Shown here: positions 17,578-27,847 of the stretch, piece after piece | How positions within the stretch are numbered: the stretch's first letter is position 1 | Layout: each line of letters opens with the position of its first letter | Source of the DNA: an uncultured Candidatus Binatia bacterium | Lineage (GTDB): Bacteria; Desulfobacterota; Binatia; Bin18 | NCBI GenBank assembly: GCA_965200965.1 | Contig: OZ241744.1 | Span: forward strand, 2,528,001-2,592,000 | Length of the DNA stretch: 64,000 nt | Direction of reading: 5' to 3' | The notes under the pieces: generated by a model | What the model was told of the DNA's origin: nothing | Databases searched by the model: none | What the model saw: the letters and a program-made list of their open reading frames with translations, nothing else | Made by a program: the position numbers and the translations under genes

Positions 17578-19911
17578 ATGCCAGAACCACAACACGCTGC
17601 GATGCAGCCGTATTCCGACAATCGGGCCGAGGTTGACAGGGTTGATGTCCGGCTGTCGGCGACCGAAGACAAAGGCCGGCTCCGCCGCAAGAAGTTCTAC
17701 GATCAGGCCGCCGGCCTGATCATTACCTTTGGCGGTGTTGCGATTATTCTGAGCATTACCGCCATCCTGTTTGTGATTGTGGCCGAGACCCTGCCCCTGT
17801 GGTCAGCACCCAAGACTGAATTCGGCGGCGTGGTCGTGCTCTCCAAGGTGCTTGAGCGGCAGGACGCTCGGCCGATCGCGTTTGGCGTTGAAGAATACCA
17901 GGAGATCGCCTATGTCGTGACCGAACGCGGCTCGCTGTACTTTGTCTCGCTCGAAGACCACACCGTCCTCCACCGCTACACAATACGCCAACTCCAGGGA
18001 CAACGCCCGACCGCGGTGTATCAGAGCGGTTTTGGGCACAACTTGGCGATCGCGACGGCAAACGGAGTCGTCGTGCCGGTGTATATCAGCTTTGTGATCA
18101 GCTACGACGAGCAGAGCAGACGTATCATTACGCCTCGTGCCGGCGAGGAGGACGCGATTCGTGTCGATCCCCAGGGACGGGCTGTTCAGCAGTTGGTGTA
18201 CCGGACCGGAGAAGACGACGAGGGCATACGCATTGCAGCACTGCTCGGGCCGCGCTCGCTGCTGTTCTACTCCCGGACTGAGCGGGAGTCGTTCTTCGGC
18301 CAGACCGAGACCCAGGAAAATCGGCTTGAGCTTTCCTCCGAGTTGTCAGCCGATGTCAGCGCCCTGGCTCTGGACTTCTTTCTCACCAACCTTCTGGTCA
18401 GCACCACCGACGGACAACTCTTGCACTGGCAGGTCCAGGACCCGACCGCACCCCGTTTGATCCACAGCTTTGCGGTCAGCGACATCGACGGCGTGTTCGC
18501 CACAACCCTGGGCTGGATTCTGGGCGAACGCTCGGTGGTGGTTGGCGATAGCAGTGGTGGAGTAAGCGTCTGGTTTCAGGTGCGTGACCAAGGGGCACCA
18601 CGCGACAGCCCGTACCGTAAAATGCACATCCTCCAGTCCCATCCCGCGGCGCTGACAGCGGTGAAACCGTCGGCTCGCAATAAAGGCTTTCTCACCGCGG
18701 ATTCCGCGGGAAACATCCTGCTCCACCACGCCACCTCACAGCAAACCCTGGTCGAACTGAACACCGACCGGGGGGCGGGGATCGAGCTGCTGTCCTTTGC
18801 GCCGCGCGCCAACGGCATCTTTGCCATTGACAGCCAGGGAAGCCTGTTTGACTGGTCGCTCGATAACCCGCACCCCGAGATCAACTTCACCACCCTGTTT
18901 GGCAAGGTGTGGTACGAGGGCTATCAAACGCCCGATTATACCTGGCAGTCAAGCAGCGGGACCGACGATTTTGAGCCCAAGTTCAGCCTCTCGCCGCTGG
19001 CCTACGGCACGCTGAAAGGGACGTTTTACGCCCTCCTGCTAGCGATTCCGCTCAGCCTGTGCGGGGCGCTGTACACCTCGCAGTTCATGCACCCCAGCCT
19101 GCGCAACCTGGTCAAGCCGTCGGTCGAGGTAATGGCCGCCCTGCCCAGCGTCGTCTTGGGCTTCTTTGCCGGGCTGTGGCTGGCCCCACTGGTTGCCGAT
19201 ATGGTGCCGGCCATTTTTCTGATGCTGTTTGTCCTGCCGGCCGTGACCCTGGTCGCCGCCTTTGTGTGGCGTCTGCTCCCGCTGCCGGTGCGTAACCGCC
19301 TCAAACCGGGGGTTGAACTGGCCTTTCTGGCCCCGTTGCTGTTGCTGGCGGTGTATGCTTGTGTCGCTCTCAACGATCCGATAGAGGCCACCTTCTTTGC
19401 CAGGAATTTCCCCCAGTGGCTGTACGACACCACCGGCTCACGCTACGACCCGCGCAACTCGCTGATCGTCGGTTTTGCGATGGGCTTTGCCGTGATCCCG
19501 ATCATCTACACCATTTGCGAAGACGCCTTCTCCAATGTCCCGCAGCATCTGGTGTCCGGTTCGCTGGCGCTCGGGGCCAACCGCTGGCAGACCGCGGTCC
19601 GGGTTGTCCTGCCGACGGCTAGTCCAGGCGTCTTCTCAGCGGTGATGATCGGCTTTGGCCGGGCGGTCGGCGAAACCATGATTGTGCTGATGGCCACCGG
19701 CAACACGCCCGTCATGGATTTCAATCCGTTCAGCGGCTTCCGCGCTCTGTCGGCCAATATCGCGGTTGAGATTCCTGAAGCGCCCCACGGCGGCACCCTG
19801 TACCGCACCCTGTTTCTGGCCGCCCTGCTGCTGTTTATGTTGACCTTTGCGGTGAATACAGCGGCTGAACTGGTGCGCCAGAACCTGCGCGAGCGCTACA
19901 GTAAGATATGA
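17578..19911 (+). CDS. pstC: Phosphate ABC permease PstC with large periplasmic beta-propeller-like insert
   Basis: PSVEVMAALPSVVLG, GRAVGETMIVLMATGN. Confidence 0.92.
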   Translation: MPEPQHAAMQPYSDNRAEVDRVDVRLSATEDKGRLRRKKFYDQAAGLIITFGGVAIILSITAILFVIVAETLPLWSAPKTEFGGVVVLSKVLERQDARPIAFGVEEYQEIAYVVTERGSLYFVSLEDHTVLHRYTIRQLQGQRPTAVYQSGFGHNLAIATANGVVVPVYISFVISYDEQSRRIITPRAGEEDAIRVDPQGRAVQQLVYRTGEDDEGIRIAALLGPRSLLFYSRTERESFFGQTETQENRLELSSELSADVSALALDFFLTNLLVSTTDGQLLHWQVQDPTAPRLIHSFAVSDIDGVFATTLGWILGERSVVVGDSSGGVSVWFQVRDQGAPRDSPYRKMHILQSHPAALTAVKPSARNKGFLTADSAGNILLHHATSQQTLVELNTDRGAGIELLSFAPRANGIFAIDSQGSLFDWSLDNPHPEINFTTLFGKVWYEGYQTPDYTWQSSSGTDDFEPKFSLSPLAYGTLKGTFYALLLAIPLSLCGALYTSQFMHPSLRNLVKPSVEVMAALPSVVLGFFAGLWLAPLVADMVPAIFLMLFVLPAVTLVAAFVWRLLPLPVRNRLKPGVELAFLAPLLLLAVYACVALNDPIEATFFARNFPQWLYDTTGSRYDPRNSLIVGFAMGFAVIPIIYTICEDAFSNVPQHLVSGSLALGANRWQTAVRVVLPTASPGVFSAVMIGFGRAVGETMIVLMATGNTPVMDFNPFSGFRALSANIAVEIPEAPHGGTLYRTLFLAALLLFMLTFAVNTAAELVRQNLRERYSKI

Positions 19912-19936
19912 CCGCTGGTCAGACCGAGGAGGGACA

Positions 19937-21565
19937 GTGCAGACGCACTTCTGGAAGAGCGGTGACCCGTTTATCTGGCTGACCGGCGGAGCGCTGGGTT
20001 TCAGCCTGCTCATGATCATCGCCCTGCTCTGGATTGTGGCGGTCAACGCTCTCGGCTTCTTCTGGCCCGACCGTCTGTTGATGGCCAGCCTCAGCGACGG
20101 GACCGAACTGATGGGCCAAGTCCGCGACCGCGAACACATCCCCCAGACCGGGGATGCTCAAGATGTCAGGTATCGGACCCAGTTTCAGGTCGCCAACCGC
20201 GACCTGTACGGGGCGGATTTTCGCTGGGTGAACGACGCGCTGATCCGTGACCGCATCTATCCCGCCGAGGCGGTCTACTTTGAGCGCCTGGAGTGGGGAC
20301 CGCTGTTCGGTTTTCTCCGTTCGGTCAGTCTTGACGGCCAAGTGGTGGCCGAAGGCTTCGCCCAGAGCTGGCAGACTTTTCAGGAACTCCACCCCCAGAC
20401 AGAAGCCGCCCGCCACCAGATCGAGCGTATCGAACGTCAGGAAGTCGGTGATATCAACTACGAAATAGAAAAGCTGCGGCTGCGCATTCGGGGTATTCAG
20501 TTGCGCGAAGCCGACCCCCAGCGGGCGGCCCAGTTGATCCGTCCGCTCGAACACGAGATGGCCGGCTGGCAGCAACGCTACGAGGAGGTCGTCGAGCGGC
20601 TGACTGCCCTGTATCAGGAAAACGCCCGCTATGAGATCAGCGTGCAGGTCGCCGGCGGCAAACACAAAAGCATGCCGCTGGCCCAGGTCGTTCGGGCCTT
20701 TCTGCCCAACCAGATGAGTTGGGACGAGAAACTGGGGCTGTACGCGAGCAGATTCTGGGAGTTCTTCTGGGAAGACCCCCGCGAGTCCAATACCGAGGGC
20801 GGCGTCTTCCCGGCCATCTTCGGCACGGTGATGATGGTCATCATCATGAGCCTCGTCGTCGTCCCCTTCGGGGTGGTGGCGGCCCTGTACCTGGGCGAAT
20901 ACGCCAGACAAGGCCCGCTGGTCCGCGCCGTGCGGATTGCGGTCAATAACCTGGCCGGCGTGCCCTCCATCGTGTTCGGGGTGTTCGGCCTGGGCTTTTT
21001 CATCTATCTGCTCGGCGGGTCTATTGACGCCCTGTTCTACGAAGAAGCCCTGCCGACGCCGACCTATGGCACGGGCGGGATTCTGTGGGCCTCGCTGACC
21101 CTGGCCCTGCTGACCGTGCCGGTCGTCATCGTTGCCACCGAAGAGTCCCTCTCGGCCATCCCGCGCGAATGGCGCGAAGGCTCGCTGGCCCTGGGCGCGA
21201 CCAAGTGGGAAACCCTGCGCAAGATCGTTATTCCCGGTGCCTTGCCCGGCATCCTGACCGGGGCTATCCTGGCTATGGCGCGCGGGGCCGGAGAAGTCGC
21301 CCCGCTGATGATCACCGGGGTGGTCAAGCTGGCCCCCAATCTGCCCCTTGACGGCCACTGGCCGTTTTTTCATCTGGACAGAAAGTTCATGCATCTCGGC
21401 TTTCACATCTACGATGTCGGTTTTCAGTCGCCCAACGTCGAGGCCGCCAAACCGATGGTCTTTATGACAACGCTGTTGCTGATCGGCATTGTGATTGCCC
21501 TCAATCTGGTCGCCATCATGGTCCGCAACCGGCTGCGCAGCAAGCTCCGCTTTGGCACCTTCTGA
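19937..21565 (+). CDS. pstA: Phosphate ABC permease PstA
   Basis: [36 protein letters not shown]. Confidence 0.94.
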   Translation: MQTHFWKSGDPFIWLTGGALGFSLLMIIALLWIVAVNALGFFWPDRLLMASLSDGTELMGQVRDREHIPQTGDAQDVRYRTQFQVANRDLYGADFRWVNDALIRDRIYPAEAVYFERLEWGPLFGFLRSVSLDGQVVAEGFAQSWQTFQELHPQTEAARHQIERIERQEVGDINYEIEKLRLRIRGIQLREADPQRAAQLIRPLEHEMAGWQQRYEEVVERLTALYQENARYEISVQVAGGKHKSMPLAQVVRAFLPNQMSWDEKLGLYASRFWEFFWEDPRESNTEGGVFPAIFGTVMMVIIMSLVVVPFGVVAALYLGEYARQGPLVRAVRIAVNNLAGVPSIVFGVFGLGFFIYLLGGSIDALFYEEALPTPTYGTGGILWASLTLALLTVPVVIVATEESLSAIPREWREGSLALGATKWETLRKIVIPGALPGILTGAILAMARGAGEVAPLMITGVVKLAPNLPLDGHWPFFHLDRKFMHLGFHIYDVGFQSPNVEAAKPMVFMTTLLLIGIVIALNLVAIMVRNRLRSKLRFGTF

Positions 21566-21582
21566 AAGAGAGGCACACGCGT

Positions 21583-22437
21583 ATGGACAAAGACCTCCTG
21601 AGCACGACCCACGCCGTCCACCCTGTCCCGCGTCCGGCTGAGCGCGGCAACGGGAAAGCGCCGACCACGCTGACCGAAGACGCGCTCGTGGAAATCCATA
21701 TCCGGGACCTCTGCCTGCACTACGGCAACAAGCCGGCCCTGTACAATATCGACATGGATATCGAACGGGAGAAAGTGACCGCCTACATCGGTCCGTCGGG
21801 GTGTGGCAAATCGACCCTGCTGCGCTGCCTCAACCGGCTGAACGACCTGGTTGATGGGGTCAGGATCAGCGGCAGCATCACGATTGGCGGAACCGAAATA
21901 CTCGGCCCCGGCCTTGATGTCACCGCACTGCGCAAAAAGGTCGGCATGGTGTTTCAAAAGCCCAACCCCTTCCCCAAAACGATCTACGAAAATGTCGCCT
22001 ACGGGCCGCGCATCCTGGGGATCAGACAGAAATCGCGCCTGGACGACATTGTAGAGAAAAGCCTCAAGGACGCCGCCCTGTGGGAGGAGGTCAAAGACCG
22101 CCTGTCCGACAACGCCCTCGCCCTGTCGGGCGGCCAGCACCAACGCCTGTGCATCGCCCGGACTATTGCGGTTGAGCCTGAGGTGGTACTGATGGACGAA
22201 CCCTGCTCGGCCCTCGACCCGATCGCCACCACAAAAATCGAAGAACTCATCCACCAGCTCAAACAAGACTACACGATTGTCATCGTCACCCATAATATGC
22301 AGCAGGCGGCCCGCGTGTCCGACTACACCGCCTTCATGTATCTGGGCCGGCTGATTGAGTTCGGCCCGACCGATAAACTTTTCACCACCCCGGAGAAAAA
22401 AGAGACCGAGGACTATGTGACTGGCCGGTTCGGCTAG
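21583..22437 (+). CDS. pstB: Phosphate ABC ATP-binding protein
   Basis: [42 protein letters not shown]. Confidence 0.97.
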   Translation: MDKDLLSTTHAVHPVPRPAERGNGKAPTTLTEDALVEIHIRDLCLHYGNKPALYNIDMDIEREKVTAYIGPSGCGKSTLLRCLNRLNDLVDGVRISGSITIGGTEILGPGLDVTALRKKVGMVFQKPNPFPKTIYENVAYGPRILGIRQKSRLDDIVEKSLKDAALWEEVKDRLSDNALALSGGQHQRLCIARTIAVEPEVVLMDEPCSALDPIATTKIEELIHQLKQDYTIVIVTHNMQQAARVSDYTAFMYLGRLIEFGPTDKLFTTPEKKETEDYVTGRFG

Positions 22438-22471
22438 ACGAAGGTGCTCACGATGTCCTCTTTGATGTGAG

Positions 22472-23167
22472 GTGTCTATGCCATTACACACCGACCGACA
22501 GTACGAGGAAGAGTTGCAACAGCTGCGGGCCAAGGTGTTGGAGATGGGCGGGCTGGTCGAAAAACAGATCGGTGACGCAATGATCTCACTCACCGAGCGC
22601 AATTCCGAGTTAGCCAAACAGACGATTACGCGGGACCACATGGTCAACTATCTGGACGTGACGATTGATGAGGCGTGTACCCGCCTGCTGGCACTCCATC
22701 AGCCGGCGGCGCGCGATCTGCGCTTCATCATGACCAGCATGAAAATTGCGACCGACCTGGAACGGATCGGCGATATCGCCCAAAACGTCTGCGAACGGAC
22801 CCTGGAACTGAACAAAGAGCCGCCCCTGCGCCCCTATGTGGACCTGCCGCGTATGGCCGAGTGGGCGCGGTCCATGTTGCGCGACAGCCTCGACGCCTTT
22901 GTCCGCGAGGATACCGAGCTGGCCCTCGATGTGTGTCAACGCGACGATTTCATCGATCAGCAAACGGCCGAGGTATTTACCCGTCTGTTGAGCCGTATGG
23001 CGGAAGAGCCTGGAACCGTCATCCGTTCCGCCCGTATCCTGTTCCTGGCAAAGTACCTGGAACGGATCGCCGACCACGCCACCAACATCGGAGAGATGGT
23101 CGTCTACATGGCCAAGGGCAAGAATATTCGGCATATCTCGCCGGTGCCAAGCTCGGTCTCGCTGTAG
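22472..23167 (+). CDS. phoU: Phosphate signalling protein PhoU
   Basis: QPAARDLR, DLERIGD, YLERIADHATNIGE. Confidence 0.96.
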   Translation: MSMPLHTDRQYEEELQQLRAKVLEMGGLVEKQIGDAMISLTERNSELAKQTITRDHMVNYLDVTIDEACTRLLALHQPAARDLRFIMTSMKIATDLERIGDIAQNVCERTLELNKEPPLRPYVDLPRMAEWARSMLRDSLDAFVREDTELALDVCQRDDFIDQQTAEVFTRLLSRMAEEPGTVIRSARILFLAKYLERIADHATNIGEMVVYMAKGKNIRHISPVPSSVSL

Positions 23168-23186
23168 TGCTCCGCCTGAGTGGGAC

Positions 23187-23909
23187 ATGTCAGACGCTCC
23201 ACGCAAAATCCTGATCGTTGAAGACGAAGAAGATATCCGCAGCCTGGTCCGCTACAATCTGGAGGCCGAGGGCTTTAGAGTTGTAGACGCCAGCGATGGC
23301 GAGCACGGCCTGCGTCTAGCGGACACCGAGCGGCCGGCGCTCATCATTCTTGACCTGATGTTGCCGGGCTTATCCGGGCTGGAGGTGTGCCGTCTGCTGC
23401 GCGCCCAAGAGGACACCGCCCCGGTGCCGATCCTGATTCTGACCGCCCGCGCCGCCGAGCTTGATAGGGTCCTGGGTCTGGAGATGGGTGCCGACGACTA
23501 TGTCACCAAGCCGTTCAGCCCGCGCGAGTTGGTCGCCCGGGTCAAAGCGATTATCCGCCGCTCATACGGCCAGCCGAACGAGCAGCCCCACGAATCGTAT
23601 GAAAAAGGCTGGCTGCGGATCGATTTTGACACCCACGAGGTCAGCCGCGATGACGAGCCGGTGGAACTGGGCCTGCGTGAGTTTGATCTGTTGAAGTTCT
23701 TTGTGCGCAACCCGCGCCGCGTCTTTGGTCGCAGCCAGATTCTCGACCGGGTGTGGGGCCATGACGTGTATGTCGAGCCCCGCACGGTCGATGTCCACAT
23801 CCGGCGGCTGCGTCAACGCATTGAACGCGATGACACCAAGCCGACCTTACTCCTGACCGTGCGCGGGGTCGGCTACAAGTTTAATCCCGATGCCCTGGAA
23901 AACGACTAA
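23187..23909 (+). CDS. phoB: OmpR/PhoB family response regulator
   Basis: Receiver plus winged helix (RTVDVHIRRLR, TVRGVGY) inside the pst operon. Confidence 0.9.
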   Translation: MSDAPRKILIVEDEEDIRSLVRYNLEAEGFRVVDASDGEHGLRLADTERPALIILDLMLPGLSGLEVCRLLRAQEDTAPVPILILTARAAELDRVLGLEMGADDYVTKPFSPRELVARVKAIIRRSYGQPNEQPHESYEKGWLRIDFDTHEVSRDDEPVELGLREFDLLKFFVRNPRRVFGRSQILDRVWGHDVYVEPRTVDVHIRRLRQRIERDDTKPTLLLTVRGVGYKFNPDALEND

Positions 23910-25542
23910 GACCGATCCGCCGATCGCGCATTTCTCCCCCAGCTTTTCCCGACTGAGTGCCGCCATTATCGCTTGGCCGATCCTCGCCTGCCTGGGTCTG
24001 CTGGGCCTGACGGGTTTCTTTGCCCTGCCCGCCCAGAGCCGCCCGGCCTGGCTGTGGTATGTTGGGCTGGGGCTGGGACTGGCCGCACCGCTGGGCGCAG
24101 TCCGCCTGAGCCGACGCCTAGCCAGACGCCTAGCCGACTTCCAGGCTCTCATTACACTCGCCCCAGAACATAGCCCGCCGCCCGCCGCCACGCAAGACGG
24201 AACATATCATCGGATCGAACGGAAGGCGACACATTCCGTCCTTGATGAACTCGGCGCGGTCGAAGACAGCCTGTGCCAGTTTCTCCACGCCCAGCACGAG
24301 CGGTTGCGATGTGTACACGATGCGCGCCACGATCTCGAAGTAGTGCTCCAGAGCATGACCGAAGGCGTCATCGTGTTGGACGCCAACAGCCGCATCCGCT
24401 TCTCCAACCGTGCCGCCCACGCTCTCTTGGGCCTGTCTGAAGAAGCCGACTTCCAGGCCAGACCCCTGTTGGAACTTTCCCGGCATCCCGTTCTCCACGA
24501 CATGGCCCGGGCCGTGCTTGACAGCCCGGCCGGGGCCGAGGCCCTGACCCAGGAGATCGAGATAGAGGGAGAGCAGCCCCGCTTGCTGGCGGTCAGCACC
24601 ATTCAGATGAAGGTCTCAGGTATGGCTTTGAAACCGGGGGTCATTCTGGCTCTGCACGATCTGACCGAACTCAAACAGCTCGAAGCCGTGCGGGCCGACT
24701 TTGTGGCCAATGTCTCGCACGAGCTGCGCACGCCGCTGACCGCCATCAAGGGCTATGCCGAGACCCTGCTGAACGGCGTACTCAACGACCCCCCTGTTGC
24801 AACACGCTTTCTGGCCATTATCGACCGTCACTCCGAGCGTCTCAGCCGGCTGATTGACGACCTCTTAACCCTGTCCGATCTTGAGCGGGGCAAAACCGAA
24901 CTGCGCCGCGACACCATCGTGTTCAGCCACCTGCTTGACGAGGTGTTCGAGCTGGTCAAAGACAAGGCCGCCAGCGGTCAGGTGCGGCTGAACGCTGCGC
25001 TGCCGGCCTCCCTCCCCTTGCTGTGTGGCGACGCCGACCGGCTCCACCAAGTCTTGCTGAACCTAGTTGACAACGCCGTCAAATATACCCCCTCGGGCGG
25101 GCGGGTGACGGTCTCCGCGCGTGCGTCCTGTCTTCCTCCTGGCGACCGGCCCGTCCTGGCGGAAACCCCAGACCCGACCGCGGATGCTGAGCATCATCTG
25201 AATCCACAAGAACTCAGCGAGGACGGAACGTGTCGCCGTCATGTCAATCTGATGACACGTTCCGTCCTCGCCCACTTTGACAGCACGGGCTGGCTGGAGG
25301 TGGCGGTTGTCGATACCGGCTGCGGCATTCGCGCAGCCGATATTCCACGCCTCACCCAGCGCTTTTACCGGGTTGATAAGGCTCGCTCACGCGAACTGGG
25401 CGGGACCGGCCTCGGCCTGTCGATTGTCAAACATATTGTGCAGGCCCACGGCGGATTTTTTCATATCGAGAGCCAGCTCGACCAAGGAACGACGATGCGG
25501 GTCTTTTTGCCGCTCGGCAACAAACCCAACTCAGGACGCTGA
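23890..25542 (+). CDS. phoR: Phosphate sensor histidine kinase with repeat-derived inserts
   Basis: PAS domain, DFVANVSHELRTPL, NLVDNAVKY, RFYRVDKARSR, GGTGLGL. Confidence 0.92.
   Translation: MPWKTTKTDPPIAHFSPSFSRLSAAIIAWPILACLGLLGLTGFFALPAQSRPAWLWYVGLGLGLAAPLGAVRLSRRLARRLADFQALITLAPEHSPPPAATQDGTYHRIERKATHSVLDELGAVEDSLCQFLHAQHERLRCVHDARHDLEVVLQSMTEGVIVLDANSRIRFSNRAAHALLGLSEEADFQARPLLELSRHPVLHDMARAVLDSPAGAEALTQEIEIEGEQPRLLAVSTIQMKVSGMALKPGVILALHDLTELKQLEAVRADFVANVSHELRTPLTAIKGYAETLLNGVLNDPPVATRFLAIIDRHSERLSRLIDDLLTLSDLERGKTELRRDTIVFSHLLDEVFELVKDKAASGQVRLNAALPASLPLLCGDADRLHQVLLNLVDNAVKYTPSGGRVTVSARASCLPPGDRPVLAETPDPTADAEHHLNPQELSEDGTCRRHVNLMTRSVLAHFDSTGWLEVAVVDTGCGIRAADIPRLTQRFYRVDKARSRELGGTGLGLSIVKHIVQAHGGFFHIESQLDQGTTMRVFLPLGNKPNSGR
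24196..24240. repeat. Palindromic element family A, in frame in phoR
   Basis: GACGGAACATATC...GACACATTCCGTC, 45 bp, encodes DGTYHRIERKATHSV. Confidence 0.9.
25217..25271. repeat. Palindromic element family A (core 25222-25266), in frame in the phoR ATPase domain
   Basis: Perfect 18-bp inverted repeat; encodes DGTCRRHVNLMTRSV. Confidence 0.92.
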
Positions 25543-26334
25543 GCGCTCGAGCGCTTGCAAAATTAAACCCGCCGCCCCCGATTCCCCCCACACGCTCGCA
25601 TCGATCAGCAGGTGATAGCGGCTCGGGTCACGCCAGTCCCCGTGGTAGAAGGTGTGAACATAGTCGCCGCGCAGCCGGTCCATGCCGGCGATCCGTTGCG
25701 CGGCTTCGTCACCCGACAGGCTCTCAATTTCCATCACCCGCTCAATACGCGCCTGGAGCGGGGCGGTGAGAAAGATGTGCAGGGCGGCGGGCTGCCCGGC
25801 CAGCACATAATTGCCGCCCCGGCCAACAATAATCGCCTGTCCGCCCTCGGCCACCTCTTCAATCAGCGACCGGGTCATGCGGACGAGCTGAGCGTCGTTG
25901 AGCCACAGCGGCGGTGGAATGTCGTAGGCCGATTCAAAGCCACCCATGCCGAACAGCCCGACCATGCGCTCAATAAAGGAATCGACCCGTTCGTCCTTGG
26001 CGTCCACATACTCTTCCGACACCTTGTACTGGCTGGCGATTTTACGAACGATTTCTTTTTCCCACACGGTCCAGCCCAAACGCTGGCCGAGGGCACGGGC
26101 GATACGGTTCCCGCCGCTGCCGTACATATGAGAAATGGTCAGGACCGACTTAGTGCCGCAAAGACACCGAGGAGTGAACGTGTCATCAGAGCGACATGAC
26201 GGCGACACGTTCACTCCTTTCGGCCTGTCTTCCTCTTGGCGAGCGGGTGGTGCGATTGGTCTTTGAGCCATAGCGGCCTCCTTCACAGCGGGGATGTTCT
26301 CAGCCAGAGAGCGGTCATCGGTCTCTTGAGACAT
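25531..26334 (-). CDS. Cytidylate kinase-like family protein
   Basis: LTISHMYGSGG, IIVGRGG, R...Y...Y..DW.DP..YHL.ID; N-terminal extension is repeat-derived and the start is uncertain. Confidence 0.85.
   Translation of the reverse strand: MSQETDDRSLAENIPAVKEAAMAQRPIAPPARQEEDRPKGVNVSPSCRSDDTFTPRCLCGTKSVLTISHMYGSGGNRIARALGQRLGWTVWEKEIVRKIASQYKVSEEYVDAKDERVDSFIERMVGLFGMGGFESAYDIPPPLWLNDAQLVRMTRSLIEEVAEGGQAIIVGRGGNYVLAGQPAALHIFLTAPLQARIERVMEIESLSGDEAAQRIAGMDRLRGDYVHTFYHGDWRDPSRYHLLIDASVWGESGAAGLILQALERSAS
26170..26246. repeat. Family A element (core 26172-26216) next to a family B core (26224-26246)
   Basis: 15-bp perfect inverted repeat AGGAGTGAACGTGTC/GACACGTTCACTCCT, then CCTGTCTTCCTCTTGGCGAGCGG. 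Confidence 0.85.
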
Positions 26335-26401
26335 GTCTTAGCACGACACGCCGGCAAGGCGAACGCTGCTCTCTTTCTGATCAGGGCGTCCACCTTGGGC
26401 A

Positions 26402-26992
26402 TCAGCAGCGCAGTCCCCTTGCGATAAGATAGGTTTCTGCCGAGCTTTTGCGCGTGGCCTGGGGTTTCGTCGTCCTGACCGTGGCAAAGCGGGTACGCAG
26501 GTCTGCCAGCAAAGCCCTATGGTTGCTGTCCATAAACGCTTTGAGCAGCAGGGCACCGCCCGGTCTGAGCAGGCCGGTGGCGCAGGCGAGGGCGGCCCGG
26601 CTGAGTTCCTGGACACGCGCCTCGTCACGCTCACGGACGCCGCTCAGCTTTGGGGCCATATCAGACAGCAGCATATCGGCCGGTCGGCCAAGCAGGACGA
26701 GTAACCGGCGTTGTTGGTCCGGGTCGGTGGCGTCGCCCTGGACCACAATCACATTGTCTACTTTGAGGGGGTCAATGGGTACCAGGTCAATGCCGATGAC
26801 CTTGCCCCGGGGGCCGACTCGCTCAGCCGCCACCTGGAGCCAGCCGCCGGGCCAGGCACCGAGATCAATGACCCGCTGGCCAGGCCGCAGCAGACCAAAG
26901 TCGTGGCTGAGTTCGCGCAGCTTATAGGCGGCCCGTGAGCGATAGCCGGCCTGCTTGGCCTTGTGATAGAGGGCGTCTTTGCGCTTGTACAC
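26402..26992 (-). CDS. rlmE: 23S rRNA Um2552 methyltransferase
   Basis: GYRSRAAYKL, DLGAWPGGW, SDMAP, KP.ATRKSSAETY. Confidence 0.95.
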   Translation of the reverse strand: MYKRKDALYHKAKQAGYRSRAAYKLRELSHDFGLLRPGQRVIDLGAWPGGWLQVAAERVGPRGKVIGIDLVPIDPLKVDNVIVVQGDATDPDQQRRLLVLLGRPADMLLSDMAPKLSGVRERDEARVQELSRAALACATGLLRPGGALLLKAFMDSNHRALLADLRTRFATVRTTKPQATRKSSAETYLIARGLRC

Positions 26993-27001
26993 GCGGTGCT
27001 G

Positions 27002-27820
27002 TTACTGTGGTGCCATCCGAATCGCGCCGTCGAGACGGATGGTCTCTCCGTTCAACATCACGTTTTCCACGATATGACAGGCCAGCGCGGCGTATTCGGC
27101 CGGCGTGCCTAGGCGCTGGGGAAACGGAATACTGGCACCGAGGGACTGGCGGGCCACTTCGGGCAAATCCATCAGCATCGGGGTTTCAAAGATCCCCGGC
27201 GCAATTGTACAGCAGCGGATGCCGTCCCGGGCCAAGTCACGGGCAATCGGCAAGGTCATGCCCACCACCCCGCCTTTTGAGGCCGAGTAGGCCGCCTGTC
27301 CGATCTGGCCGTCGAAGGCGGCAACCGAGGCGGTGTTGATGATCACGCCCCGTTCGCCGTCCGCGGTCGGCTCGTTTTTGGCCATCTGGGCGGCGGCCAG
27401 CCGGATGGTATTGAAGGTTCCGATCAGGTTGACCTCGATTGTGCGTCTGAACGGCCCGAGAGCCAGGGGCGTGCCTTGAGGACGGAACGTGTCACCTTCC
27501 GTTCGATCTGGTGACACGTTCCGTCTTTTGCCCAGGGTCCGGCCGGCGGTCGCAATACCTGCGCAGTTGATGAGCGCGTGGATGGTGCCAAAGGCGGCGA
27601 CCGTCTTGTCAATGGCCGCTGCGGTCTGGTCTTCGTCGGTCACGTCGGCCTCAAGAAACCTCGCGCTCTCGCCCAACTCATGGGCGAGCTCTGCCCCGCG
27701 TGAACGGCCAAGGTCAAGGATGGCGACCTTGGACCCTCTGGCCGTCAGGGCGCGGCTCGTGCCCTCGCCGAGTCCGGAGCCGCCCCCGGTCACAACAGCA
27801 ACGGTGTTCTGTATATCCAT
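27002..27820 (-). CDS. SDR family 3-hydroxyacyl-CoA dehydrogenase (HSD17B10-like)
   Basis: [32 protein letters not shown]. Confidence 0.93.
   Translation of the reverse strand: MDIQNTVAVVTGGGSGLGEGTSRALTARGSKVAILDLGRSRGAELAHELGESARFLEADVTDEDQTAAAIDKTVAAFGTIHALINCAGIATAGRTLGKRRNVSPDRTEGDTFRPQGTPLALGPFRRTIEVNLIGTFNTIRLAAAQMAKNEPTADGERGVIINTASVAAFDGQIGQAAYSASKGGVVGMTLPIARDLARDGIRCCTIAPGIFETPMLMDLPEVARQSLGASIPFPQRLGTPAEYAALACHIVENVMLNGETIRLDGAIRMAPQ
27481..27525. repeat. Palindromic element family A, in frame in the SDR gene
   Basis: Perfect 16-bp inverted repeat; encodes [15 protein letters not shown]. Confidence 0.93.
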
Positions 27821-27847
27821 ACGTCTCTCCTCTCAGTGTCCTGCGCG

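Noticed and set aside
17578-19000. Large periplasmic insert in PstC as a novelty
   Set aside because: Long PstC/PstA forms are already known in many Proteobacteria.
19919-22647. Long antisense ORFs over pstA/pstB (495 and 407 aa), and similar ones at 30397-31764 and 58072-59655
   Set aside because: Shadow frames of well-conserved genes in GC-rich DNA, with no motifs.
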